Assembly (NCBI GenBank): GCA_048938105.1
Contig: JBHLMN010000025.1
Span: 1 to 64,000 of the forward strand
Direction: 5' to 3'
Length of the DNA: 64,000 nucleotides
From: Promethearchaeota archaeon
Lineage (GTDB): Archaea; Asgardarchaeota; Heimdallarchaeia; Hodarchaeales; Hodarchaeaceae
How positions within the stretch are numbered: the first letter of the stretch is position 1; each line of letters starts with the position of its first letter. Shown piece by piece: positions 38,142 through 48,650 of the stretch. The notes beneath the pieces are model-generated. The model made no database searches, had not been told where the DNA came from, and was given only the letters and a program-made list of their open reading frames with translations. The translations under genes and the position numbers were made by a program.

Positions 38142-40379
38142 ATGATAAATAAAGTAAATATCCAAGTTATTTCTCTAAGAGAATGGTTGTTATATTTCTT
38201 CATATCTATATTAATATTAGGTACAACTCTACCAAGTATTACGTCTTTTACTCAAATAAATTTCACTTTTATTACTATGGAGAATAATAATCAGAAACTG
38301 TCTTGGAATCATGGCATCAAACCTGATATAAAGCCTCTTTTCCCTTTTAAATCGGTAAATCTGGTTGAAGACAACCCAGAAGCATATTTTCCAAACTTTC
38401 TTTATTATTCTGTTGAAATTGCGAATACTCTTATTGATCATTTATACGACAATAAATCTGGTGGATTCTATCGTTCCGCTGATCAGGAATGGTCTAATAA
38501 TAGTATAAATAGACTGAAATATTCTTATGATCAAGCTCAAGCGATTATTGCACTACTAAAACTATCAAATGCCGTAATTAATCAAACAGAAAGGGAATAT
38601 GCTATTAAAATTGCAAAGAGAACAGGAAAATGCTTAATCACTGATTTACTTGACGTTCAATTTGACGGATTCTTTATTAGTGAGTCAAACAGACTTAAAA
38701 AACCTGGAGTTCAAGCAAAAGTAATTCAGGCACTTCTTTCTCTTTACAAATTAACAGAAAATCTTACCTATCGAGACATGGCTATTAATACTTTTAACTT
38801 CCTAGAAGTCGACGCATGGGAAAATATCGACGAGAATAAAGGATATTACAATTATCTATTGTCTCACACAGGTTTGATCGCTACGTCAAATCCAGAGACA
38901 GAGGATCTATATGAACCCAAGGCAAAGCGAGTAGATCATAATATATTAATGGGTGAAGCATTACTAGATCTTTACCATATAGAATCAGATGAGATATACT
39001 TAAGATATGCTAGGCGAATTTATAATTTCTTTAATACCACATGTAGGAATAGTACTACTGGGCTATTTTATACTGGATTAAATGACAATAATGAAATTGT
39101 AGAAAATAGGTCAGCTGATTTATTCATTAATTCCCTTGTGCTTGAATTTTTAGCTCATTTATATACTGCCACTGAGGAGCAGAAATATTATGATGATTTC
39201 TTTACCTTATTATATAGCGTATTAGGTAATTTTTGGGACGATTTATATGGGGGTTTTTATAAAACTTATTCTTATGTAGGGCCTGAAGCAAGAGACAAAA
39301 AGAAACACACAGAAAGACAATTTTACGCTATTAGAGCTCTTGATGAAGCGTACAAACTTACCAACAATAGTCTATACTATAACCTTATTTATGACATGAT
39401 GGAATTTTTAACTAATAAACTCTATGACAATGAGAACTTCGGATATTTTCAAGAGGTTAATCAGGATGGAACAGAAGGACAACCATACTGGAAAGACAAA
39501 TATGCTGTAACTCAATCCTTGGCTATCTATTCATTCGCAAATCTCTGGTTGTATAGTAAACCAGGTGTTCTTAATGGAGTTTGGTCACCCTCAACACCCC
39601 TAGCTGATCAAGATTCAGTGACCATTTCAGTTGCTGCTTTTGATTCTGATGGGCTATCAAATGTTCTTTTCAATTATTCAATAAATAATGATCCATACAA
39701 ACTTGTAGAAATGGTTCCACATAAGCTTATTGGGAATATGTTTGAAACCATGATGGAAGCCCATCCTGATGGTACAACAGTCAATTTTAATATCATTGTC
39801 AATGATACTTTTGGTAACAAAATTGTTCGTGGTTCCTATTTTTTCCTTTGGCAGATTGATGTTTGGGCTCCTCAAATCTTCGTAATTAGTATTGATCCTG
39901 GAATTGAAATCCCAGTCCACAAAAACTTTTCGATTATTGTAACTGCACAAGATGTGCCTTCGCAAGGTAGTGTTGAATATGTGCGCATGTATTATCACCT
40001 TGCAAATAAGCCTGAAGAAACAATTTCTTTAAAACAAATGAGTATCGGATCATATTATTGGAAAGCATCTTTTTCTGAAGGAATCCCAACACCTGGCACA
40101 TATTTATATTATTTTGAAGCAATAGATAATAGGGGGAACCCTGGATTTAGCTATACTAGCTCTTTTTCCATTCTAGGCTACCTAGAAACGCTACCTGCAT
40201 CACTTGTATTTGGTGTACTACTTCTAATACTTGTTTTCATTCCTGCGGGGCTCTATACATATGTGGAATTTAAGAAAAAGAGTGCAAGAAAAACATTAAA
40301 GAATATAAAGAGGGCACGAAACCGGAAAGGGAGAGGAAAGAGAGGAGCAAAAAGAATTAGAAGCACAAAGGAGAAATAA
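38142..40379 (+). CDS. Membrane-anchored (alpha/alpha)6-barrel plus Ig-like protein, copy 2
   Basis: Full-length paralogue of 22017-24191 (NP.AYFPNFLYYS, KYSYDQAQAI, TERQFYAIRALDEAYKLT). Confidence 0.75.
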   Translation: MINKVNIQVISLREWLLYFFISILILGTTLPSITSFTQINFTFITMENNNQKLSWNHGIKPDIKPLFPFKSVNLVEDNPEAYFPNFLYYSVEIANTLIDHLYDNKSGGFYRSADQEWSNNSINRLKYSYDQAQAIIALLKLSNAVINQTEREYAIKIAKRTGKCLITDLLDVQFDGFFISESNRLKKPGVQAKVIQALLSLYKLTENLTYRDMAINTFNFLEVDAWENIDENKGYYNYLLSHTGLIATSNPETEDLYEPKAKRVDHNILMGEALLDLYHIESDEIYLRYARRIYNFFNTTCRNSTTGLFYTGLNDNNEIVENRSADLFINSLVLEFLAHLYTATEEQKYYDDFFTLLYSVLGNFWDDLYGGFYKTYSYVGPEARDKKKHTERQFYAIRALDEAYKLTNNSLYYNLIYDMMEFLTNKLYDNENFGYFQEVNQDGTEGQPYWKDKYAVTQSLAIYSFANLWLYSKPGVLNGVWSPSTPLADQDSVTISVAAFDSDGLSNVLFNYSINNDPYKLVEMVPHKLIGNMFETMMEAHPDGTTVNFNIIVNDTFGNKIVRGSYFFLWQIDVWAPQIFVISIDPGIEIPVHKNFSIIVTAQDVPSQGSVEYVRMYYHLANKPEETISLKQMSIGSYYWKASFSEGIPTPGTYLYYFEAIDNRGNPGFSYTSSFSILGYLETLPASLVFGVLLLILVFIPAGLYTYVEFKKKSARKTLKNIKRARNRKGRGKRGAKRIRSTKEK

Positions 40380-40381
40380 TA

Positions 40382-42643
40382 ATGATTTACATTGGATTTG
40401 GAATGGATTTAGGCATGATTGTGTTGATTGTAGCTCTAATAGCACTTTTACTCGACGCTATCATTGTTCTTTCTGGAGAACATATAGAAAAGTGGGAATC
40501 TCTTTCAGAGCTCTGTCTTACTGTTGGTATCACAGCTATTATCATCTCTTTTGGCTATTTCAGTTATTCAGTCATTTCTGTTGATTATAGCTTTTCTTAT
40601 ATAAGTGGGTATGTTAATAATGACATGGATCTTTTCTTGAGGCTATCAGCTATTTGGTCTGGACAGGTTGGATCATATTTCTTCTGGTTATTTTTGGTTG
40701 CTCTTCTTTATGTGATCTTTAGGTCAATGTTCCGAAAATATGCACATGAATCTGTCATTTGGAAATCATTTGTAATGACGAATGTCCAAGTTATTGTGTT
40801 AACAGCATTAACCCTTTTTAATGATCCCTTCAAACTCAATATAAAGACTGTCACTGATGGTGTTGGACTTAATCCTATACTTTTGACTGAGTGGAATCTT
40901 ATTCATCCACCAATTATTTTTATTGGTTATGCCCTTTGCTTGGTTCCTATGGCCATTGGAATGGCTAGAATTTCTTCTCTTGAAGATGGGAAGGTACCAG
41001 ACTTTGAAGGTAAGGAAAAACTGGATAATTTCTTTGAATTTATGGTTTCACTTTCTTGGCTTGTTTTAAGCTCAGGAATAATAATTGGGGGATATTGGGC
41101 TTATGTAACTCTCGGATGGGGGGGTTTTTGGGCATGGGATCCTGTTGAGACGGCCTCCCTAGTGCCATGGTTTTTTATTACCCTTTATTATCATGGAAAA
41201 CCTATTCTTGGTAAACGGGAATACCTTGGCAATTACCTTGTAAGTATGAGCTACTTAGGTACCTTATTTGCCACATATTTAACTAGGAGTAATATTATAT
41301 CAAGTGTACACACATTTCAACCTGAAGCAACCTTAGAAAATATTCTAAAATTCTTCATTCCTACGAATAGCTTTATGATGAAGATTATCTTACGATTCAT
41401 ACCTGATGAATGGTTATTATTTTTATTCATTGTTCTAATTGTGACTTTTTTAATTCCCCACTATTACGGAATTAAGAGTAGGGAAATATTTCATATTCCT
41501 ATCTCACTTAATAAGAAAGATTTTCAGACTTCAAGATCCCGTATAACCGCATTGAAGATATCCTTCATTTCTGGTCTTTTTTGTTCTTATATCATCATCA
41601 TAGGCTTGTTAACACCTGTTGTTTTTGACATTATTGGTTATTTTATTACTTTTAGTCCGAAAGGATTTGGATCAAGTATTATTATCGATATGGTGTTCTT
41701 TAATACAGTTATAACTATTTTTGGAGGACTAATGCTGCTTGCACAGTTTTTCTGTACTTTTTATCCTAGATTAAGCCTTAAGAAGAAGTATAGTCTCTTG
41801 ATAGGTGGGGTAATAGCTGGACTCACATTTTCAATATCTGGTTTTTTTTATCGGAATGGTTCTCTTAATCTGATTCTAGGTGAAAACAACCCTATCCTTG
41901 TTTTTTTAAGTAATTTCTGGACTACTAGTGATAAAGCAAACTTGGTTATTCCTCTTTTATTTCTGGGAATTATAGGATTGATTATCGAATTTATTAGAGT
42001 AGCATTGAAGGAAGAGAAAAATCTCATCCGTAAAACATCTCAAATAATGTTACATTTCTCTTTTTTAGTAATTCTTCTTGGTGCCTTACTGAGTGCAAAT
42101 ATGACATTTTCAACTGAGATACTTGTTCAAGATGGTGGTGAATATCCAATTGAAGGCACTTCAATTAAGATTACTATCCTTGAGCTAGTTAGAGAATATC
42201 CTACTTCAGGCCCACTTGATGTTGAGTATATTACTAAATTCATGCTATCCTCTGACACACGGGTCATAGGATTTGGAATCAGCAAATTAGTCCGTCATAA
42301 GCGGTGGATTAACCCTTCAGATGAATTATCAGGTTACAATGCCAAAGTGACAATTATAAGTGATCTTTTTTATGATATTTACATTATTACTGCTGGTTTT
42401 AATCAAAATCCATTAATTGGTTTTACAAATTCTCTTCTTCGAATAAAAATTGTACCGTATATTAACATTCTATGGTTGGGATGTCTTTTCCTTCATTTTG
42501 CTATGATTCCTTTAACTATAGGGAGATTTATCCTCTTAAAAAGGGCTTTTTCACCAGTTGGAAAGGAATCAGATAAATTTAATTCTAAAAGTGGCACCTC
42601 AGAGAACGAAAACGTTGTTAATGGTGGTAATGAAAATGGTTAA
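40382..42643 (+). CDS. ccmF: Cytochrome c heme lyase CcmF, copy 2
   Basis: IHPP, WGGFWAWDPVETAS, SSVHTF, MLHFS. Confidence 0.93.
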   Translation: MIYIGFGMDLGMIVLIVALIALLLDAIIVLSGEHIEKWESLSELCLTVGITAIIISFGYFSYSVISVDYSFSYISGYVNNDMDLFLRLSAIWSGQVGSYFFWLFLVALLYVIFRSMFRKYAHESVIWKSFVMTNVQVIVLTALTLFNDPFKLNIKTVTDGVGLNPILLTEWNLIHPPIIFIGYALCLVPMAIGMARISSLEDGKVPDFEGKEKLDNFFEFMVSLSWLVLSSGIIIGGYWAYVTLGWGGFWAWDPVETASLVPWFFITLYYHGKPILGKREYLGNYLVSMSYLGTLFATYLTRSNIISSVHTFQPEATLENILKFFIPTNSFMMKIILRFIPDEWLLFLFIVLIVTFLIPHYYGIKSREIFHIPISLNKKDFQTSRSRITALKISFISGLFCSYIIIIGLLTPVVFDIIGYFITFSPKGFGSSIIIDMVFFNTVITIFGGLMLLAQFFCTFYPRLSLKKKYSLLIGGVIAGLTFSISGFFYRNGSLNLILGENNPILVFLSNFWTTSDKANLVIPLLFLGIIGLIIEFIRVALKEEKNLIRKTSQIMLHFSFLVILLGALLSANMTFSTEILVQDGGEYPIEGTSIKITILELVREYPTSGPLDVEYITKFMLSSDTRVIGFGISKLVRHKRWINPSDELSGYNAKVTIISDLFYDIYIITAGFNQNPLIGFTNSLLRIKIVPYINILWLGCLFLHFAMIPLTIGRFILLKRAFSPVGKESDKFNSKSGTSENENVVNGGNENG

Positions 42644-43034
42644 ATCCAAAAACGTCATAACTTCTGCAATTATCATCATAATATGTATAGGCGCATTTTT
42701 ATATCTATTAGCCAGCTCTTCTACTCCAATCTTCACTGTGAAAGAATTTATGGATCAACAGCAACTTGATTCCTATAAAAATCGTAAAATCCAACTAATA
42801 GGTGTTGTTCAACAAGTTAACAAAACAGGTTTCTTTATAACTGATCCTGATGATATAAATAACGCATCTTTGATTATTTATATTAATTCAACCAATGTAG
42901 AAAAACCTGTAGGATTTGAAACTGGGAAAACTGTCCTTGTTGAAGGAAAACTTATCTCAACAACTAGTATATGGAAGTTCAAAGCTACAATGATTAGCAC
43001 TAAATGTCCATCTAAGTATCAAGATGAAACATAA
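42636..43034 (+). CDS. ccmE: Heme chaperone CcmE (CXXXY type), copy 2
   Basis: KCPSKY; start ATG 42636 inferred from alignment with copy 1. Confidence 0.9.
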   Translation: MVKSKNVITSAIIIIICIGAFLYLLASSSTPIFTVKEFMDQQQLDSYKNRKIQLIGVVQQVNKTGFFITDPDDINNASLIIYINSTNVEKPVGFETGKTVLVEGKLISTTSIWKFKATMISTKCPSKYQDET

Positions 43035-43166
43035 GGATTTTTTATGAAAAATGGTTGTTAATAAAATGTCTATTATTTGTATGTGGAAATATGTTTTCAT
43101 GTTGAGACATTACTTTTTCTTAAATACACTGGTTACTTATAAAACCACAGTGGTGATTAGATAACG

Positions 43167-43847
43167 ATGCTTGAGAAAATACAGGAAAATCAGAACTGGA
43201 TTATTCTGGCTTTGATGAGTATCTTTGCCGTTATTAACTATTTTCTCGTGTTTATAGTTGTCAAACCGTTTCAAGGTTTTAATGTGAGTGGGCATCCAAT
43301 TTTTTACATGGTTCCATTTGCATTTTCAACATACCTGTGTTTTGCTGTTGTTCTTCTAAGTGCTATTCTTTACTTATGGAGAAAAGACACGCGATTCGAT
43401 CTTCTTCTAGTTTCTGGGGCTCAGACTGGAGTCGTTGTTGGAGTAATAACAATTATAGTTGGAATAATCTGGTCTAAACCAGAATGGGGCTATTGGTGGC
43501 AATGGGAGCCCAGACAAACTGTAACATTGATCATGTGGTTGGCTTATGTTGGATTACTAGTTTTTAGAGAGATGATGGATGAGAAAAACTATGAGAAGAA
43601 AGCTACACTTTCCGCGATATTTGGAATTATAACTTCCCCCTCTGTTCCTTTATCCAACTTCGTCGTTGGTGCATTGCATCCACCCCCTCAACAAACAACA
43701 CTTGGACCAGGGGTAGGTCTTTATTTAATGTTAAATTTCTTATTCATTGGTTTTTTAACCTTATTACTTATTTATATGTCTTATAGGGTCAATAAGATTG
43801 ATGTGAAGTTGAAAAAAATTAGAAGAATTAAAATGGACCAAATTTGA
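43167..43847 (+). CDS. ccmC: Heme exporter CcmC
   Basis: WSKPEWGYWWQWEPRQT (WWD domain), LHP; located between ccmE and ccmA/B. Confidence 0.88.
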   Translation: MLEKIQENQNWIILALMSIFAVINYFLVFIVVKPFQGFNVSGHPIFYMVPFAFSTYLCFAVVLLSAILYLWRKDTRFDLLLVSGAQTGVVVGVITIIVGIIWSKPEWGYWWQWEPRQTVTLIMWLAYVGLLVFREMMDEKNYEKKATLSAIFGIITSPSVPLSNFVVGALHPPPQQTTLGPGVGLYLMLNFLFIGFLTLLLIYMSYRVNKIDVKLKKIRRIKMDQI

Positions 43848-43879
43848 AGCTGGCTGGAAATTAAGAGGTGATGATTATC

Positions 43880-44035
43880 ATGACAGATATTTTTGATGAG
43901 CTATTAGGATCTGATTTGAGTTTAATGTTTTTCATTTCGATTGCAGTTTGGATTTTTATCTTTATATATCTGTATTTTACAAATATTAGGTTGAAAAAAC
44001 TTGAAAAAGAATTGAATAGCTTGAAAGATGAATGA
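43880..44035 (+). CDS. ccmD: CcmD-family small membrane protein (absent from the ORF track)
   Basis: MTDIFDELLGSDLSLMFFISIAVWIFIFIYLYFTNIRLKKLEKELNSLKDE: single TM with W/Y then a coiled basic tail; GAGGTG RBS; lies between ccmC and ccmA. Confidence 0.8.
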   Translation: MTDIFDELLGSDLSLMFFISIAVWIFIFIYLYFTNIRLKKLEKELNSLKDE

Positions 44036-44111
44036 AACACCATAATAAGCAGAATAACAAAGATCTTCGCTGATTGTATGGAAATGGATAAATTAAACAG
44101 AGTGTGCTAAG

Positions 44112-44822
44112 ATGTCAGTCTTAAACCACAATAATCCTCCCGTCGTGAAACTAACAAACGTATCCAAGGTTTACGGTTTCATTAATGCCGTGAAAGACAT
44201 CGACTTGACAATTAAAGAAGGTGAAATCGTCGGACTATTAGGGAACAACGGTGCTGGAAAAAGTACACTATTAAAGATCATTTCTCTCTTAATTATACCT
44301 ACAACTGGTAAGATTGAAATGTTTGGGAAAGAAGTGAAAGGAGACCAATTTCTCCTCAAAAGAGAGATTGGTACTCTATTAAGCCATTCTTTTTTTTATG
44401 AAGACTTAACTGGCCGTGAAAATCTTGAATTTTATCTTAAGATGAATAGAAGAACAGATGACCATGTTAACGTTATTAACAAGGTAGTTAAAGAATATGG
44501 ATTAAAGTTTTTTATTGATAGACCTACCCATGAACTCTCAACTGGTATGGCAAAGAAACTTGAACTCTTAAGAGTCACTTTACCCAAGTTACCTAAGTTA
44601 ATGTTACTTGATGAACCTTTTAGTGGTTTGGATATTGAAAACAAACAATTTATAAAAAATATTATAACAGAACGTAAATCTAATACTACTATTATTATCT
44701 GTTCGCATGATTTTAACTCAATTTCTCACATATGTACCAAAGTGTATTATCTTGAAAAAGGGAGGATAAATAAAATTCTGGAACCTTCAGAATTCGATTA
44801 CTTCCTCAATAAGCAAAATTAA
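44112..44822 (+). CDS. ccmA: ABC ATPase CcmA
   Basis: GNNGAGKST, LSTGM, LLDEP, SH; operon context. Confidence 0.85.
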   Translation: MSVLNHNNPPVVKLTNVSKVYGFINAVKDIDLTIKEGEIVGLLGNNGAGKSTLLKIISLLIIPTTGKIEMFGKEVKGDQFLLKREIGTLLSHSFFYEDLTGRENLEFYLKMNRRTDDHVNVINKVVKEYGLKFFIDRPTHELSTGMAKKLELLRVTLPKLPKLMLLDEPFSGLDIENKQFIKNIITERKSNTTIIICSHDFNSISHICTKVYYLEKGRINKILEPSEFDYFLNKQN

Positions 44823-44835
44823 ACCTTGGGGATGA

Positions 44836-45525
44836 ATGTTGTCAATAATTACTGATATTTATTTTCTAGCAAAAAAAGATATTCTGCTAGAATTTAGGAA
44901 AAGAGAAACACTCTTCTCCATGGGCCTCTTCTCCTTTGCTTCTGTCCTCATCTTTTCCACACTCTTTAATCTCATAGATATATCAGTAGAGGGAAAACAA
45001 GCTATTTCTGCTGCTTGTTTATGGTTTATCATCACATTTATGGTGATGTTAGGCTTAACTTCTGTTTTTTCTCGTGAATTGAAAAAAAATTCGATTTATT
45101 CACTATTATCTCTTCCAATAAAACCACAAGCGATCTTTCTAGCAAAACTTTTCTATTTAGTCGCTATTTTAACATTTATTGAAATTATTACACTAATTCT
45201 TGCGGTTATCTTTTTGAGGATAACTTTACAAGTAAATTTTCTTCTTTTATGTGTAGTTTTAACAATTGGAACTCTCGATCTATGTGTTGCAGGCTGTATT
45301 GTCTCCTTTCTAACTATTTATGCAAAGTCAAAAACATTGGCGATTCCAATCCTGTTTTTTCCCCTGATTCTTCCTTCTGTCTTAATAGCCACACAAACAA
45401 CAACTAATCTCTTCCTTTTCGACGATACAATGACAGTAATCAACAATACCTTACTTCTCATCTTTCATGCTGTAATTATCCTTACTTTCATTTTACTTGT
45501 GACAGATGAACTCATTAGAGAATAG
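44836..45525 (+). CDS. ccmB: Heme exporter permease CcmB
   Basis: KD..LEFR, F.RE, IFLAK, L.PIL.FPL..P. Confidence 0.88.
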   Translation: MLSIITDIYFLAKKDILLEFRKRETLFSMGLFSFASVLIFSTLFNLIDISVEGKQAISAACLWFIITFMVMLGLTSVFSRELKKNSIYSLLSLPIKPQAIFLAKLFYLVAILTFIEIITLILAVIFLRITLQVNFLLLCVVLTIGTLDLCVAGCIVSFLTIYAKSKTLAIPILFFPLILPSVLIATQTTTNLFLFDDTMTVINNTLLLIFHAVIILTFILLVTDELIRE

Positions 45526-45553
45526 ATACGTTTAAAATAGTATGATAATGATT

Positions 45554-46519
45554 TTAATCACTACTTGACTGAAGTATCCTTTCATTCATTACAGAGAGAC
45601 TTTTTACTCGCTTGATAGCTATGATAATGACAATATAGTAGAGAACATATGTGAAAACCTCAATCAAAGCTGGGTTATCATTCCAACCAAATAATCCAAC
45701 AATGATTCCACCAATAACACTTTTTTCAAACATTGTGGGATTTAGTGGATCATAACCCCATCCAAACAACAATAATAAGAATTCCCCAAGTGGAGAATCG
45801 TTAATATTCCAGACTTCCATCCAGATGACATTATTAATGAAAGAAGAACCTGAAATTTCTATAAATTCATAGATTTCATGAATACCATGCGCAAGTAACC
45901 CCGCGGCAAAAATAATAAGTATTACACTAGTTACTTGAAAGAACTTCTTAATATCTAATTGTCGGGTCGTCGTAAACAGCAAGAATGCCATTATTGAAGC
46001 AAATAATAGACCAGTGAGAGATCCAATAATTATTGCAGAAAAAGCTGTAACAACTCCTACGTAACCCAAACTGCTTATATAACTGGCATATAAAAAGAAG
46101 ACTAATTCTGCCCCTTCTCTCGCCACTGAAATAAAAACTAAAAATGTTATACCAGCTTTTTCTTGATTTGAAATTATTTTGTCAATTTTATCTTGGATAT
46201 CTGAACGTATGTTCTTAGATTGGTGTGTCATCCAAATAATCATCCATGAGAGAACCGCTGCAGCTAAAAGCATTGCAATTCCTTCGAATAATTTTTGATA
46301 TTCAGCTAGATTTGTGAGAAATGTGAGAAAAATCCAAGCCATTCCAATACTGAAAATTATTGCTACAAAAACACCGTAGAGAATATCCCGATATAAATCT
46401 CTCCGATTTATTAAAGTTAAATAGCTCATAATAATACCTATGATTAGGGCTGCTTCCAAAACTTCACGTAATGACGTTACAAAACTAAAAATTACACTTC
46501 CCAAGATTTCATATGCCAT
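45554..46519 (-). CDS. FTR1-family iron permease
   Basis: Two RExxE motifs (REVLE, REGAE), AAGL...GIHE. Confidence 0.9.
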   Translation of the reverse strand: MAYEILGSVIFSFVTSLREVLEAALIIGIIMSYLTLINRRDLYRDILYGVFVAIIFSIGMAWIFLTFLTNLAEYQKLFEGIAMLLAAAVLSWMIIWMTHQSKNIRSDIQDKIDKIISNQEKAGITFLVFISVAREGAELVFFLYASYISSLGYVGVVTAFSAIIIGSLTGLLFASIMAFLLFTTTRQLDIKKFFQVTSVILIIFAAGLLAHGIHEIYEFIEISGSSFINNVIWMEVWNINDSPLGEFLLLLFGWGYDPLNPTMFEKSVIGGIIVGLFGWNDNPALIEVFTYVLYYIVIIIAIKRVKSLSVMNERILQSSSD

Positions 46520-46688
46520 TTCTTGTTACACCATCTAAAAGACTTATGAAAAGCTGATAGAACATCATTTACAATAAAATTAACAATAGTTTAGTATATT
46601 GTCTTACGATTAAAATATACAAATTTTAAAATTAAATTGAGTAGTATTCCAATATTAAGAATCTAGAACATAATACGGGTATAAGAGT

Positions 46689-47126
46689 ATGGTAGATATA
46701 ATTAAAGCTAGCTACGATGATCTAGAAAGTGTATATTCATTGTTGAAATTAGTAAGCCTCCCTATAGATGGTGTTGCTGATAATTTTCACAATTTTTTTG
46801 TTTTGTGGGAAAAAAACCAACTTCAAGGTTGTGCAGGGATTGAAATTTACGATGAAATTGGTCTCCTTCGATCTGTCGCGGTTCATCCCTCTTTTCAGGG
46901 CCAGGGATTGGGGCAAAAACTAGTTGAGACAATTCAAAGATTCTCCATTGAAAAGGGACTGACCGAAATTTATTTATTAACTGAAACAGCAGAAAGATTC
47001 TTCTTAAAGCTGAACTATGTTGTTATCTCAAGAGATGAAGCTGATGATAAGGTCAAACAATCTATTGAATTTATCTCTCTATGTCCTATTTCAGCGGTTT
47101 GCATGGTAAAAAGATTAACTGAATGA
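46689..47126 (+). CDS. arsN2: GNAT acetyltransferase, ArsN2-like
   Basis: LLRSVAV, QGQGLG, LLTETAE.FF, EF..LCP.SA. Confidence 0.75.
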   Translation: MVDIIKASYDDLESVYSLLKLVSLPIDGVADNFHNFFVLWEKNQLQGCAGIEIYDEIGLLRSVAVHPSFQGQGLGQKLVETIQRFSIEKGLTEIYLLTETAERFFLKLNYVVISRDEADDKVKQSIEFISLCPISAVCMVKRLTE

Positions 47127-47236
47127 ATCAAAATTAACTGTAGAAATCTGATAAATTGAGATTTAAGAAATTAAATCAATAAATTTCGAAGAAGTCACCA
47201 ATTAATTTATGATAAATCTTAAAGGATGAGATTTAA

Positions 47237-48631
47237 ATGTCAAGCATCAAATTAACCGAATCAACTAAGATCAATGATTTGATTGAAGAGTTTCCATTTG
47301 TTATAGATACTTTAATAAAGTTAGATCCTAAATTAAAACGATTGAAAAATCCTTTCCTTCGGAAAACTGTAGGAAGACGAGCTACGTTAACTGATGTATC
47401 CCAAATGTGTGGAACACCCCTTCCACAGTTACTTCAAGTCATTAATTCAGATATTGAAAAAAATATATCGAAAGAAGTTCTAATTAAATTAACTGTTGAA
47501 GATGTGAGTGGTTGGCATAGTGAACAAGCAAGAAGGCAAGAAATGCTTAAAGCTTTAGTTCTGGAATTACATGAAGGAGGAGATTTGAATGAACTCCAAA
47601 GGCGTTTTAATGAACTCTTAGGTGATGTTGAGGCTTCTGAAATTGCAGCCATGGAACAGGCACTTATTGATGAAGGATCTTTAACAGCGGAACAGATTAC
47701 TAAGCTATGTGATCTCCATATCGGGATTTTTGAATATTCACTTGATCAACACAAGCGACCCGAAACAATTCCAGGCCATCCAGTTCATACATATATGCAT
47801 GAAAATCAAGTGGCAAGAACTTTGATTTCCGAAATCCGTCAAACCTCTAATCTTGAAACAGTTAAGAAGCTTCAGAAAATCGAGATTCATTATACACGAT
47901 TGGAGAATCAGCTTTTTCCAAGGTTAGAAAATGTGGGTTTCACAGGCCCCTCTCAAGTCATGTGGGCAAAACACGATGAGATACGGGAATTATTTCGACA
48001 AAAAAATATCAATGTCGAAGAACTGACTAAGCAGGTTGAAGATTTAATCTATAAAGAAGAAACAATCCTTTTCCCAACAGCTCTCGATTTATTGGGTTCA
48101 AGAGAATGGATTGAAGTCAGAAATGGAGAGGAGAAAATAGGTTATGCTTGGGTAACACCAGGTACAGAATGGGTGCCCATTACACCTGAAATAATTCATC
48201 AACCTGAGATTAAAGAGCGTGACCTTCTAGAGTTAAGGACTGGTCAGTTAAGTCTCTCACAAGTGTCACTCTTATTAACCCATCTCCCAATTGAAATATC
48301 TTTTATTGATGAGAATGATATTATTCGCTTCTATTCTGATACTCCAAATCGAATCTTTCCCCGTAGTCCAGGAGTGATAGGGAGGAAAGTCCAAAATTGC
48401 CATCCTACAAAAAGTGTTCATATTGTCAATCGTATCTTAGATGCCTTTAAAAATGAACAGAAAAATAGTGCAGAATTCTGGATTCAATCAAAAGAAAAAT
48501 TTATTCATATACGTTATTTTGCTGTTCGAGACAAGAATAGAAAATATCAAGGAACGCTAGAAGTAACCCAGGACATATCTAAACTACGGGGACTAGAAGG
48601 GGAACAGCGACTTCTTAATTGGCAAGATTAA
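47237..48631 (+). CDS. DUF1858/DUF438 hemerythrin-PAS domain protein
   Basis: L.NP..R.T, EQ.L, LCD.H, GHP...Y..EN, HY.R.EN.LFP, VMW..HD, R.V..CHP..S. Confidence 0.85.
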   Translation: MSSIKLTESTKINDLIEEFPFVIDTLIKLDPKLKRLKNPFLRKTVGRRATLTDVSQMCGTPLPQLLQVINSDIEKNISKEVLIKLTVEDVSGWHSEQARRQEMLKALVLELHEGGDLNELQRRFNELLGDVEASEIAAMEQALIDEGSLTAEQITKLCDLHIGIFEYSLDQHKRPETIPGHPVHTYMHENQVARTLISEIRQTSNLETVKKLQKIEIHYTRLENQLFPRLENVGFTGPSQVMWAKHDEIRELFRQKNINVEELTKQVEDLIYKEETILFPTALDLLGSREWIEVRNGEEKIGYAWVTPGTEWVPITPEIIHQPEIKERDLLELRTGQLSLSQVSLLLTHLPIEISFIDENDIIRFYSDTPNRIFPRSPGVIGRKVQNCHPTKSVHIVNRILDAFKNEQKNSAEFWIQSKEKFIHIRYFAVRDKNRKYQGTLEVTQDISKLRGLEGEQRLLNWQD

Positions 48632-48650
48632 ATTATGATAGGATGACGAA

